The notes below the pieces were generated by a model. It ran no database searches. It saw only the letters and a list, made by a program, of their open reading frames with translations, and had not been told where the DNA came from. Positions 44,793-53,663 of a DNA stretch of 64,000 nt are shown here, one piece after another. Position 1 is the stretch's first letter. Each line of letters starts with the position of its first letter. The DNA lies in contig JAZRXB010000247.1 of the NCBI GenBank assembly GCA_045600005.1, forward strand, positions 51,070 to 115,069, written 5' to 3'. Source of the stretch: Eubacteriales bacterium. Lineage in GTDB: Bacteria; Bacillota; Clostridia; Oscillospirales; CAG-272. The translations under genes were made by a program, and so were the position numbers.

Positions 44793-45935
44793 ATGCGTGA
44801 ACTTGACGCGGAAGGACTGGCGCAGAGACTTGAGACCCGCATGGCGGACGATCTGGCGGGCGGAAGAGTCGGCGGCGCGGTCCTTTGTGTGATGCAGCAC
44901 GGGAAGACCGTCTATCGGAACTGCTTCGGCGTGTCGTCGCCGGGCGGAGAACCGCTTCGGGAGGATGCGATGTTCCGCATGGCTTCCATGACCAAGCCGA
45001 TCACTGCGGCGGCGGCGTTGATCCAGATGGAACGCGGGAAATTTTCGCTCGACGACAAGGTGAGCGATTATCTGCCCGCGTTTGCCGAAATGGAGATCGG
45101 GAAACGGGTGGACGGAAAGCTCGTTCGGACCGGAAAAGCGGAGGATCCGATGCGGATCCTTCATCTGCTGACCCACACGAGCGGACTGGGCAGCGGCGAT
45201 ACCGCCGGACTGGCGGGCAGTTTCTCTCCTGAACAGCGCCGGACGCTCGCCGGAACGGTGGACGGCTGGTCGGGAACGCCGCTTGCGTTCGAGCCGTTTT
45301 CGACGAAAGCATACAGCGGGACGGCGGCGTTCGACGTGCTGGCGCGCATCATCGAGCTGACTTCGGACAGACCGTTTGACGAATTCCTGAAAACCGAGCT
45401 GTTCGACCCGCTTGGCATGGAGAATACGACCTTCGCGCCGGATGAGGCACAATGGAAGCGCATGATCGTCATGCACGATCTGAAAGACGGAAAGCCGGTC
45501 GCGGCGGATTCGCCGAAGCCGGGCTTCGTCTTCGCCGATTTCCCGGTGACGGAGACCTGCGGCGGCGCGGGTCTGGCGTCCGATCTGCATGATTATTCAT
45601 TATTTGCGGAAATGCTGCGCCGCGGCGGGCAGGTCGGGAACCGTTCGCTGATCGGCGCGGAATGGATCCGGACGATGCGGACGAATCGGCTGCCCGCGCA
45701 TATTCCGTCGTCTCCCGAAGCGTGGGGGCTCGGCGTGCGGGTCATCACGTCGGAGCGGTACGGACGGCTGCCGGTCGGCTCGTTCGGCTGGAGCGGAGCG
45801 TATGGGACGCATTTCTTCGTCGACCCTGCCGACGACGTGACGGCGGTCTATCTGAAAAATTCGCTGTTTGACGGCGGCTCGGGCGCGAAAACGTCGGCGC
45901 GCTTCGAGGAGGATCTCGAAGCGTCCTATCGCTGA
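44793..45935 (+). CDS. serine hydrolase, beta-lactamase-family
   Basis: FRMASMTKPITAAAAL (SxxK), and YSG... and WSGAYGT blocks. The ORF opens at 44784; the ATG at 44793 has the best spacing to the GAGAAAGGA SD. Confidence 0.7.
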   Translation: MRELDAEGLAQRLETRMADDLAGGRVGGAVLCVMQHGKTVYRNCFGVSSPGGEPLREDAMFRMASMTKPITAAAALIQMERGKFSLDDKVSDYLPAFAEMEIGKRVDGKLVRTGKAEDPMRILHLLTHTSGLGSGDTAGLAGSFSPEQRRTLAGTVDGWSGTPLAFEPFSTKAYSGTAAFDVLARIIELTSDRPFDEFLKTELFDPLGMENTTFAPDEAQWKRMIVMHDLKDGKPVAADSPKPGFVFADFPVTETCGGAGLASDLHDYSLFAEMLRRGGQVGNRSLIGAEWIRTMRTNRLPAHIPSSPEAWGLGVRVITSERYGRLPVGSFGWSGAYGTHFFVDPADDVTAVYLKNSLFDGGSGAKTSARFEEDLEASYR

Positions 45936-45988
45936 GCAGACGAAAAGCCCCGTCCGCGCAGAGCGCAGACGGGGTATACGCACGGGAT

Positions 45989-47668
45989 CTATTTGATTTC
46001 AAAGGTTTCCTTTTTGTAGTCGACCGTGACGGAGGTGCCGTTGGAATAGGTGGTGCGGAATACGCCGGGCGCGATCTCCTCGTGGTCGTCCATGAACGAG
46101 AAGCGGACGTCGGACAGCGACTCATAGTCGTCGCTCATCACTCTGATCTTTTCGGCGCTGTCGCGGAGCTGTTCGTCCGTGTCGCAGAGGAAGTCCTCTC
46201 GGCCCATCCAGTTGTTGTTCGATGCGAAGTTTGCGTAGTAACAGATCAGCGGACGGCCGCCGTACTCGAAATATTTCAGGCGGTTTTTCACACTCTTTGC
46301 CGTGTAGTTGAGCGTGAAGGTCGAGCTGTTGTACAGGATAATGCCGTGGTAGATCAGTTCCCAGAACGGCACGACCGCGTCGCAGAGCGGGATGGTGTCT
46401 TCGCTGCCGATCTTGAACGAGATGTACATACAGTAATCGAGGTCGGACGCGGCGAAGTCGAAGCCGGACTCGGACGAGAAGCCGCCGAAGGTCTTTCTGG
46501 CGAGCTTCATGGTCTTGCGGTACCATTCGCCCGATTCGGCGCGGTTCAGCGGATGCTTCGGGTCGTAGCATTTCAGAAGCGGCAGGATCGTGATGACGTC
46601 AATGTAGTGAATGCCCTCGAACCCGAGCGCGGCGAGCTTCGGCTGATTGACCGTCTCAAAGCGTTCGTACTGTCTCTGCGGACAGATCTTGTGCGGACGT
46701 CCGCCCGACCAGCAGTAGGGACGAAGATGCAGTCCGCCGTCCTTGTTTTTGAGCAGGTATTCCTCGTCGAAGCAGTCGGCGATGGTGTAAGCGCCGGTCG
46801 CGTCGTCGTGGCAGACGATGCCGTAGCCGTCTTCCTTGACATGGGAGATCAGCGCGCGCAGACGTTCCTCACCGCCCAGTCTCGGATCCGGCGGGAAGAT
46901 CTGCGGGAAGCGTCCGTCGTGTCCGCCGTAGTTCCAGCCGACCAGACAGAATTCCGCGCCGGGAATGCCCTGACGTCTGAATTCATCGGCGATATCGCCC
47001 ACGCGGTCAAAGGTGCAGGCGACGTGCATGGGCGGTTCGGTTTCGGGCGTCTGGTACTCAACCGGGCTCGGCGCGGGTTTCCAGCCCTGACGGACGCGGA
47101 CAGCGATCGAATCGGCGCTCTTTTTCAGGCGCGGGTCGGCGGCTGTGCGCTCGGCGAGCGGGACGCATCCGCCGCGCGTCAGCTGGAAAGCGCGGTAGCA
47201 GCGCGCCATGGCGGGATAGCCGCCGTCCTCAAGCCCGTGCAGCTCGACGCGGATGTCCTCATACGCGGCGTCGCCGTCGAGCATGAAGCGCGGGAAGCAG
47301 GAGTAAACGCCATCCTTTACAGAGATGATGGTGACGTGATCGGGACGCATCCCGGTGACGATGGCAAGCGTTCCGGCTTTGCCGGTGTTCATGCCGTAGC
47401 AGCCGATGAACGGCGTACCGCGGTCGACCACGGCGTCCTCACGCTGGGTGAAACGGGTCAGCACCGTGCCGGTCGTGCCGCCGCCGGTTAAGAACCAGCC
47501 CTCGTCTCCTGCCTTCGCAGTGAAACAGTCGTACAGGAAATCGACATAACGGATGCCCTCGCCCAGCTCTTCCTTTTTCAGATAAGCGGTGAGAACGCCG
47601 TTCTCCGCCGCAGTACAGACGTCGAGCGTTTTGGTCTGTCCGTTTTCAAATATCAGTGTTGCTTTCAA
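45989..47668 (-). CDS. uncharacterised 559-aa cytoplasmic protein, glycoside-hydrolase-like (name uncertain)
   Basis: TTG start 7 nt after GGAGGA. Blocks VGWNYGGHDGRFPQIFPPD, GFEGIHYIDVIT and FSSESGFDFAASDLDY suggest a TIM-barrel sugar enzyme. No signal peptide. Confidence 0.35.
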   Translation of the reverse strand: MKATLIFENGQTKTLDVCTAAENGVLTAYLKKEELGEGIRYVDFLYDCFTAKAGDEGWFLTGGGTTGTVLTRFTQREDAVVDRGTPFIGCYGMNTGKAGTLAIVTGMRPDHVTIISVKDGVYSCFPRFMLDGDAAYEDIRVELHGLEDGGYPAMARCYRAFQLTRGGCVPLAERTAADPRLKKSADSIAVRVRQGWKPAPSPVEYQTPETEPPMHVACTFDRVGDIADEFRRQGIPGAEFCLVGWNYGGHDGRFPQIFPPDPRLGGEERLRALISHVKEDGYGIVCHDDATGAYTIADCFDEEYLLKNKDGGLHLRPYCWSGGRPHKICPQRQYERFETVNQPKLAALGFEGIHYIDVITILPLLKCYDPKHPLNRAESGEWYRKTMKLARKTFGGFSSESGFDFAASDLDYCMYISFKIGSEDTIPLCDAVVPFWELIYHGIILYNSSTFTLNYTAKSVKNRLKYFEYGGRPLICYYANFASNNNWMGREDFLCDTDEQLRDSAEKIRVMSDDYESLSDVRFSFMDDHEEIAPGVFRTTYSNGTSVTVDYKKETFEIK

Positions 47669-47813
47669 GGTGATGTCCTCCCAGAACAGAAATCAATCAA
47701 TATAACATATATATCTATATCATAACAGGTTCGGCGCAAAAAATCAATAGCAAATCTGAACGAAGATTTGTCAAAAACAAAGAAATTGTCCCATAAAGGG
47801 GGAAGGAGAAAAT

Positions 47814-48026
47814 ATGCTGCATATCGGTGGAAAGTACCGCCATTTCAAGGGCGGTCTGTATGAGGTGGTCGGCGTGGCGAAGGACAGCGAGACGCTCGAG
47901 GAAATGGTGGTCTACCGCGCGCTGTACGGCGAGGGAGGTCTGTGGGTCAGACCGCTCGCCATGTTCTGCGAAACGGTCGAGCGGGACGGAAAGGTCATGC
48001 CGCGCTTTGCGTATATCGATGAATGA
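47814..48026 (+). CDS. DUF1653-family small protein
   Basis: GKYRHFKGGLYEVVGVAKDSETLEEMVVYRALYGEGGLWVRPLAMF matches my memory of the DUF1653 core. Strong GGAAGGAG SD. Confidence 0.55.
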   Translation: MLHIGGKYRHFKGGLYEVVGVAKDSETLEEMVVYRALYGEGGLWVRPLAMFCETVERDGKVMPRFAYIDE

Positions 48027-48029
48027 GAG

Positions 48030-48066
48030 ATCGGGAGCTTCCGTGCGGAAGCTCCCGATTTCTATT
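48030..48066. terminator. bidirectional terminator between convergent genes
   Basis: A 13-bp stem ATCGGGAGCTTCC-GTGC-GGAAGCTCCCGAT followed by TTCTATT. Confidence 0.75.
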
Positions 48067-48070
48067 GCCC

Positions 48071-48106
48071 GCAATATCATATTATGATATCATTTAACGA
48101 TATATT
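48071..48106 (+). repeat. left copy of a direct repeat of about 35 bp bracketing the CocE/NonD gene
   Basis: The core ATGATATCATTTAACGATATA (48084-48104) matches ATGATATCGTATAACGATATA (49736-49756) at 19 of 21 positions, with further similarity about 13 nt upstream. It contains three (G/A)ATAT(C/A) cores spaced 13 nt apart. Confidence 0.85.
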
Positions 48107-49706
48107 CGGATGCTTCGCACGGAACGCGGAGCGAGGAGGCGTCGAGAAGGATCGTGTTGCGCGCGGTCTTCGCGGTCGTCTGCTCGGAGAACAGCCCGCG
48201 GTTGTTCGTGTGGGGAACGTACAGACCATATGCCGAGGACGACACGTCGATGCGCAACCGTTCGCCCTTTTTCACCAGAAAAGCGTGTTCGTCGAAACGG
48301 AAGGTCAGCTCGACCTCGCTGCCGGGAACATAGGCTTTGTCGAAGTTCGAGATCTGCTGAATGTCGTCGCGCAGACCGAGCGCGCCTTCCTCCTTCACAA
48401 GGCTGACGCGCAGGTAGAAGCAGGTGTCCTCGCAGTCCGAGCGGACGCGGAGAGAGGCGGTCATACGCCCTTTGACAAAGACGTCCTTTTCAAACGGCTC
48501 GCTGAAAAACGAGCGGATATCGTACCGGGAATCCGGTCTGTCCTGCCATGCCGTACCGCCGAAGTTGCAGGAAAGACCGCCCTTGAACGATGCGGGCGCG
48601 TAGGGATTGTAGGTGTATGTGACCTCTCCCGTTCCGAACGGTACGACGCGCGTTTCCTCTCCGTCGGCAAAATCCTCCGTCCGCCAGCCGGGCGCGGGCT
48701 GACCGTCCGTGCGGTCGAACAGGCGGTAATACGTGACCCTGCCGGGCGCGAAGGGGAAATCCCCGTTTCTGCCGGCGGCTTTTTCACGGATCGCGTCGAA
48801 CCAGCGTCTCGCGTAGTTCGGGAACGCTTCGCTCATCACGCCGTTTTCAAAGACGACCGGCTGACCGTCCGGTCTGCCCGAATGCTGATAGGGATGGACC
48901 GCCAGCGCACAGTGTGCGCGGGTCTTGGGGTCCATGCTGTTCCACATATCGAAAACGCCGCCGGTATAAATGTCGTAAAAGCCGGTGGTCAGCAGGATCG
49001 GGCATTTCGCGCTTTTCACCGCGTTGTGCGCTTCCGCGCCGCCGAAATGGGTCGTCCAGAAGGGATCGTCCCGGTCAGGATGGCGGAAGGTTTCGTCAAG
49101 ATCGGGCGAAGGCTCGCCGAAGACCGTCTCCGAAAAGCCGGAGAGCGGCAGCATCCGGAACGTATCGGCCGCACAGGCTTTCTGCGGCATGGTCTTTTTC
49201 TTGTACATCCCGACGTACCAGTTCCCGTGCAGAGCCGATTTGAAGAAACCGTTTCGATAAACGACATTGTACCGCTCGCAGTCCTGAACGTCGAACACCG
49301 CGCCCTTGATATCGTCCGCGAACGGCGCGGCGACGTAGAAGACGGATGACGTATAGCTTCCGCCGTTCAGGTACAGCTCACCGCCGTAAAAGGGCTGGCG
49401 GCGGATCCAGTCGAACAGGGCGAGCGTATCCTCGCGCTCATTGATGTAGGGAATGCAGTCGCCCGTGCTGTGCCCGCGTCCGCGGCAGTGCTGACTGACG
49501 ACGGCATAGCCGTGATCGTTCCATCCTCTCGCGCCGTTCAGCGCGTCTGAGAGAAGCTCCCGGTCGGTCTTGGCTTCGGCGGCGTCCACATAAGGGCTTC
49601 GGAAGACGACGACCGGAAAGGAACCGTTTCCTTCCGGAAGGGAGACGGTCGTGAACAGCTCCGCGCCGTCCACGCTGACATATGCGGTAAAACCGGTCTG
49701 GCTCAT
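48090..49706 (-). CDS. CocE/NonD-family (S15 X-Pro dipeptidyl-peptidase-like) alpha/beta hydrolase
   Basis: FPVVVFRSPY, GYAVVSQHCRGRGHSTG and LNGGSYTS (nucleophile elbow), plus a large C-terminal beta-sandwich part. Confidence 0.7.
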   Translation of the reverse strand: MSQTGFTAYVSVDGAELFTTVSLPEGNGSFPVVVFRSPYVDAAEAKTDRELLSDALNGARGWNDHGYAVVSQHCRGRGHSTGDCIPYINEREDTLALFDWIRRQPFYGGELYLNGGSYTSSVFYVAAPFADDIKGAVFDVQDCERYNVVYRNGFFKSALHGNWYVGMYKKKTMPQKACAADTFRMLPLSGFSETVFGEPSPDLDETFRHPDRDDPFWTTHFGGAEAHNAVKSAKCPILLTTGFYDIYTGGVFDMWNSMDPKTRAHCALAVHPYQHSGRPDGQPVVFENGVMSEAFPNYARRWFDAIREKAAGRNGDFPFAPGRVTYYRLFDRTDGQPAPGWRTEDFADGEETRVVPFGTGEVTYTYNPYAPASFKGGLSCNFGGTAWQDRPDSRYDIRSFFSEPFEKDVFVKGRMTASLRVRSDCEDTCFYLRVSLVKEEGALGLRDDIQQISNFDKAYVPGSEVELTFRFDEHAFLVKKGERLRIDVSSSAYGLYVPHTNNRGLFSEQTTAKTARNTILLDASSLRVPCEASEYIVK

Positions 49707-49722
49707 GACAATACCTCACCTT

Positions 49723-49758
49723 TCGATATCGAATCATGATATCGTATAACGATATACT
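49723..49758 (+). repeat. right copy of the direct repeat bracketing the CocE/NonD gene
   Basis: See 48071-48106. It lies 17-50 nt upstream of the CocE start on the minus strand. Confidence 0.85.
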
Positions 49759-49802
49759 GATCATAAAGCGCCGTCCCGCATCGCGGAACGGCGCTGCCGT
49801 AT

Positions 49803-52064
49803 TCAGAAGCTCTTTCTGACGACAAGCTCATCGCCCGCTTCGATCGCGAGGATGGGAAGCTCCTCGCTCACGCCGAGCGCGGGAAGCGTCAGATATTCGA
49901 TCCCGCCGAACTTGCGTCTCGCGCCGACCGCGTCCGAGCCGCCCTGAAGCACCATCCGGACCTTGCCGCTCTGACGAAGCACGCGGCGGACGTCGACGGC
50001 GTTGGAGATCTCGTTGTTGTCCAGCCGTCTGTGGCAGAGGATGACCGCCGATTCGGCGACCGAAAGCTGCGCTTCGAGCCATTCCAGCTCCTGCGGCGGG
50101 AAATAGGCGTCGTTCGGGTCGGGGTCGACGCTCGAATAAGGCGTGCCGTCGCTGTAAAAGTTGGCGTCGAGCGTGATCAGGACGTGTTTGCCGACCTCGA
50201 TGCAGCGGCAGACGCCTCCCAGTGCGAACGCATCGCGCGGCAGAGCGAAGGCGTCCTCCTCGCCGATAACGTGATAGACGCGCTGACCGACGTAAACACG
50301 TCCGGCGTCGATGATTTCCTGCGCCGCCTTGAGCGTAGCGCGGTCGGTCTTTTCGTCGCCTGCGCGCTCGATCAGATTGCCGAGCGAAACGACGATATCG
50401 CAGTCCTGCATTTTTTCAAACAGCGCGCGCAGCTTTTCCGCCGTGCAGACGCCGGTATCCGGCGAATCGGCATCCGCCGAACCGGTGTCCGCGCGGAAGC
50501 GCGCGTCGGTGAACACGCCGATGACGAAGGGACGGTCTTCCTCCAGACGGCGCATCGCCATATAAACGCCCGCGTTGGTCACGGCGTCGGAGAGGGCGCG
50601 GTGCGCGTCGAGATGCGGGATGCCGAGCTTGTCGGCGATGAAGCCGAGCCCGAGACGCTGCCAGTCGTAGCGCTTGCCGACCCTGACGGCATAGCGGTAG
50701 GTGTCAAAGCAGGTCAAGACCAGCGGCTCGCCGACCCGTCCGGCGGCGCGGTAGAGATAACGCAGGTCGGAGTCGAAAATGCCGTGTCCGACCAGCGGCA
50801 TATTGCCCATGTACTTCATGAAGCGCGCCATGACGTCCTTCACCGGCGGCTTGGCAGCGACCATCGCGTCGGTGATGCCGTTGAGCTTCACGACGCGCGG
50901 GTCGATCCGGCGGCCGGGATTGCACAGCTCGGAGAAGGTGCTGACGATTTTTCCGTGCTCAACACGGACGGCGGACAGCTCGGTGATCTCGGAGGGCTTG
51001 TCGCCGCTCGCTTCGCCGAAGGAGCCGGTCATTTCGGCGTCCATCGCAAGGAAGGAATCGAAGGTCGGCGCGGTCAGCTCGTCGGGCTCGGGCGGCATTC
51101 CGTCTTCGAGGATATCGGTCGGGATGCGCGCGAGACGGAGATATTCTTTCAGTCTTGCCATTTCATGGCGTGTGCCGACGACACGGAAGACCTTGTATCC
51201 GGCGAGCATTCCCCGGTCGGTGCGGATGAAATCGTTTTTCGGCAGAGCCGACAGCTTTTCGGTCAGGTGCTTGTGCGCGATCACGGCGTCAAGGTCGAGC
51301 GTTTTCAGATAGATGGCCTTGAGCGACGCGACCTGCGAGCCGCCGGTCCGGTTGATGATCTGGAAATCCTCCGCCGTTTTGCGGAGCTTCTTCAACAGCT
51401 CGGCGCGCCACTTTGCGGTGGGACAGCTGTCGTCAAGCCATTCTTTTTCAATAAAGCCGGGAGTATTCAGCAGAAGCTCCGAGACGGCTTCGACCGTTCC
51501 GCCGATGGTCCCGACCTTGACCCGGAAATAATCGCAGACCGCGAGATAGCGGCGGCTCTCCCGGTCGATGGGGTCGGGCGCTTCGGGGACGGGGAGGATC
51601 GGCGTGTTGTCGTCGCCGTCGTCCTCCTCTTCGTCCGGGTCGGGGGACGGAGCTCTGCCGCGCCGGTTCTGCGGCTTGGCTTCGACCGGCTCGGCGGGCT
51701 TTTTCCGTCTGCCTCCGGCGGAAGCGTTCGCGGCGGTCAGCGGCTCCTCGATGAGAGCCAGCAGTCCGGCGAACTGGGATTCGGCGGGTTCTTTTCCCCT
51801 GCCGAGATTCTTGCGCATTTCGGCGCGCTTTTTCAGAATATAATCGTTGATGCTGTTGATCTTCTGACAGTTCCGCTTCGACAGTCCGCTTTCCGCGCCC
51901 TGAAAGGGTGCGAGCAGCGCGGACAGCTCCGCCGTTCTGCCGTCATAGTCCTCGATCACGGCGCCGTCCGGCGTATCCGAGACGGTCAGTGTGAATTCAT
52001 CTAACATGAGTGCGGCTTCTCCTACAACATAATTGCCGGCGTTTTCCGGCAGAAAACAATACAT
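49803..52064 (-). CDS. multidomain protein: unknown N-region, acidic/basic low-complexity linker, DEDDh 3'-5' exonuclease domain, and a degenerate calcineurin-like phosphoesterase-like C-domain
   Basis: Exo I FLAMDAEMTG, Exo II VGHGIFDSDLRYL and Exo III HRALSDAVTNA. The C-terminal VIGVFTDARF...GNLIE...LDANF follows the order of metallophosphatase motifs, but the metal-binding His residues are substituted. An alternative SD-supported start is the ATG at 52007. Confidence 0.6.
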   Translation of the reverse strand: MYCFLPENAGNYVVGEAALMLDEFTLTVSDTPDGAVIEDYDGRTAELSALLAPFQGAESGLSKRNCQKINSINDYILKKRAEMRKNLGRGKEPAESQFAGLLALIEEPLTAANASAGGRRKKPAEPVEAKPQNRRGRAPSPDPDEEEDDGDDNTPILPVPEAPDPIDRESRRYLAVCDYFRVKVGTIGGTVEAVSELLLNTPGFIEKEWLDDSCPTAKWRAELLKKLRKTAEDFQIINRTGGSQVASLKAIYLKTLDLDAVIAHKHLTEKLSALPKNDFIRTDRGMLAGYKVFRVVGTRHEMARLKEYLRLARIPTDILEDGMPPEPDELTAPTFDSFLAMDAEMTGSFGEASGDKPSEITELSAVRVEHGKIVSTFSELCNPGRRIDPRVVKLNGITDAMVAAKPPVKDVMARFMKYMGNMPLVGHGIFDSDLRYLYRAAGRVGEPLVLTCFDTYRYAVRVGKRYDWQRLGLGFIADKLGIPHLDAHRALSDAVTNAGVYMAMRRLEEDRPFVIGVFTDARFRADTGSADADSPDTGVCTAEKLRALFEKMQDCDIVVSLGNLIERAGDEKTDRATLKAAQEIIDAGRVYVGQRVYHVIGEEDAFALPRDAFALGGVCRCIEVGKHVLITLDANFYSDGTPYSSVDPDPNDAYFPPQELEWLEAQLSVAESAVILCHRRLDNNEISNAVDVRRVLRQSGKVRMVLQGGSDAVGARRKFGGIEYLTLPALGVSEELPILAIEAGDELVVRKSF

Positions 52065-52180
52065 AATACTATTCTATCATTATTTCATCAATAAGTCAAT
52101 CCGAAACTTGTAAAATAAGCGCCGAAAATGACGGAATTTGTCGGACAGTCCGCACAGAAGGGAACAAAGAACGCTGAAAG

Positions 52181-52222
52181 AATAAAACAAAGCCGGATGG
52201 GCGGCATCCGACTTTGCTTTTT
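52181..52222 (-). terminator. terminator after the GH39-like gene 52254-53594
   Basis: The minus strand reads CAAAGTCGGATG-CCGCC-CATCCGGCTTTG (1 mismatch) followed by TTTTATT. Confidence 0.65.
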
Positions 52223-52253
52223 CAGAATGATTCCGGCTTTTCTACGGTAAGGA

Positions 52254-53594
52254 TCAGAACCGCAGCTCGGCGAACGAACCGGCGGGAAGCGTCAGCTTTC
52301 CGTCACGGACATTCAGACCGGTCGGCGAGAAGGTATAAATGCTGTCAAGAAGGATGACCTCCGCGCGGTCCGCGTCCGCACCGGTCACGTCAAGCGTCAG
52401 CTCGGCGGGCGAACCGGACGGATTCGAGACGAGCAGCAGCTTTCTGCCGTCTCCGACCGCGCCGCCGACGTAAACGCCTTCGCCGCCGCAGTCCGTTTCG
52501 ATCTCGTTTTCCAGCCGGTAAAGGTGGTCGAACGCGAGGAACGCGAAATAGGTCGGCAGCGGTCTCAGCCCTTCGCCGTCGAACATTCCGGCGTAGTCGC
52601 TCGGAACGACGCGCGCGTCGTAGAAGGTCATGAGCGACGTGCGGGTCTTCTGCATCGTCAGCATCATGGCGAGATTCTTCGCGGCGGCAAGCGGCGTGCG
52701 GCGCTTTTCAAAGCCGATGGCGCAGTTCCATTCGTCCAGAATGTCCTCGACCTCGCCGAAGCCGTACTTTTCCAGTACGCGGCGGCAGTAGGCGGCGCGC
52801 TCAGCCGTTTCGTCGGGCTGACCGTAGCTGTGCCACGAGAAGAAATCGAGCGGACCCTTATGCTCGTCGGACGAGATGTAGGCGAGAAAATCGTGGAAAA
52901 AGTCGATCCAGTGCTGAGCGTGCGTCTCGTAGGGAAGCGTGCGGATGCCGGTGAGGTCCTTGTCCTGCTCCCATGCGTAGAAGCCGCAGGCGGCATAGCC
53001 TCCGACCTTGATCGTGTCGCCGAAGCAGTTCTTCAAATGGTTCGCCGTGACCTCGTACAGACGGAAATATTCCTCCTGTGTGCCGAGGAAGCACGCGCCG
53101 CCGTGAAGCGTTTTCTCGCCCTCCGGCTCGTTCCAGATCTCCCAGTACCGGATGCCCATATGATAACCGTCCGCCCAGCCCTCGTTGTAGTGCCGGACGA
53201 TATGCTCGCAGATCCGCGCCCATTTCCCGGGATCGGCGGGCGGGTAAATGCGGTAGGCCTTCATGCGGTAATTGTTCTCGATCGTCTCGCCAAACCGGAA
53301 AAACGGCTCGACGCCCTGCGCCGTCAGCGAGGTCAGAAGCCAGTCGGTGAAGGTGAAATCGTAAGACGCGGGATCGTTTTCGTCTGCGTCAAAGTCGCGG
53401 AAGATGTTGTGGATATCGGCGAACCGTGCGCCGCCGTAGGCGCCGCCCACATCGTGCGTGCGGGAATAGGGAATGCCCGCTTCGCCGAGGTAATGGAACA
53501 TACCGTTGTCATTTCCGCGTAAGGGCGCCTGACCGACGCCGTGGAGCGGTCTGATCTTTCCCGTGATATGCGTGAAATCCGCGCGGATGAGCAT
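52254..53594 (-). CDS. clan GH-A glycoside hydrolase, GH39-like (second)
   Basis: YWEIWNEPE (acid/base) and EDILDEWNCA (nucleophile). GGGAGG SD. No signal peptide. Confidence 0.5.
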   Translation of the reverse strand: MLIRADFTHITGKIRPLHGVGQAPLRGNDNGMFHYLGEAGIPYSRTHDVGGAYGGARFADIHNIFRDFDADENDPASYDFTFTDWLLTSLTAQGVEPFFRFGETIENNYRMKAYRIYPPADPGKWARICEHIVRHYNEGWADGYHMGIRYWEIWNEPEGEKTLHGGACFLGTQEEYFRLYEVTANHLKNCFGDTIKVGGYAACGFYAWEQDKDLTGIRTLPYETHAQHWIDFFHDFLAYISSDEHKGPLDFFSWHSYGQPDETAERAAYCRRVLEKYGFGEVEDILDEWNCAIGFEKRRTPLAAAKNLAMMLTMQKTRTSLMTFYDARVVPSDYAGMFDGEGLRPLPTYFAFLAFDHLYRLENEIETDCGGEGVYVGGAVGDGRKLLLVSNPSGSPAELTLDVTGADADRAEVILLDSIYTFSPTGLNVRDGKLTLPAGSFAELRF

Positions 53595-53663
53595 GGATCA
53601 TCCTCCCTTTGATAAAAGCGCAGACGGGGGACGTATCCCCCGCCTGCGGTCTGAATGAATCGA

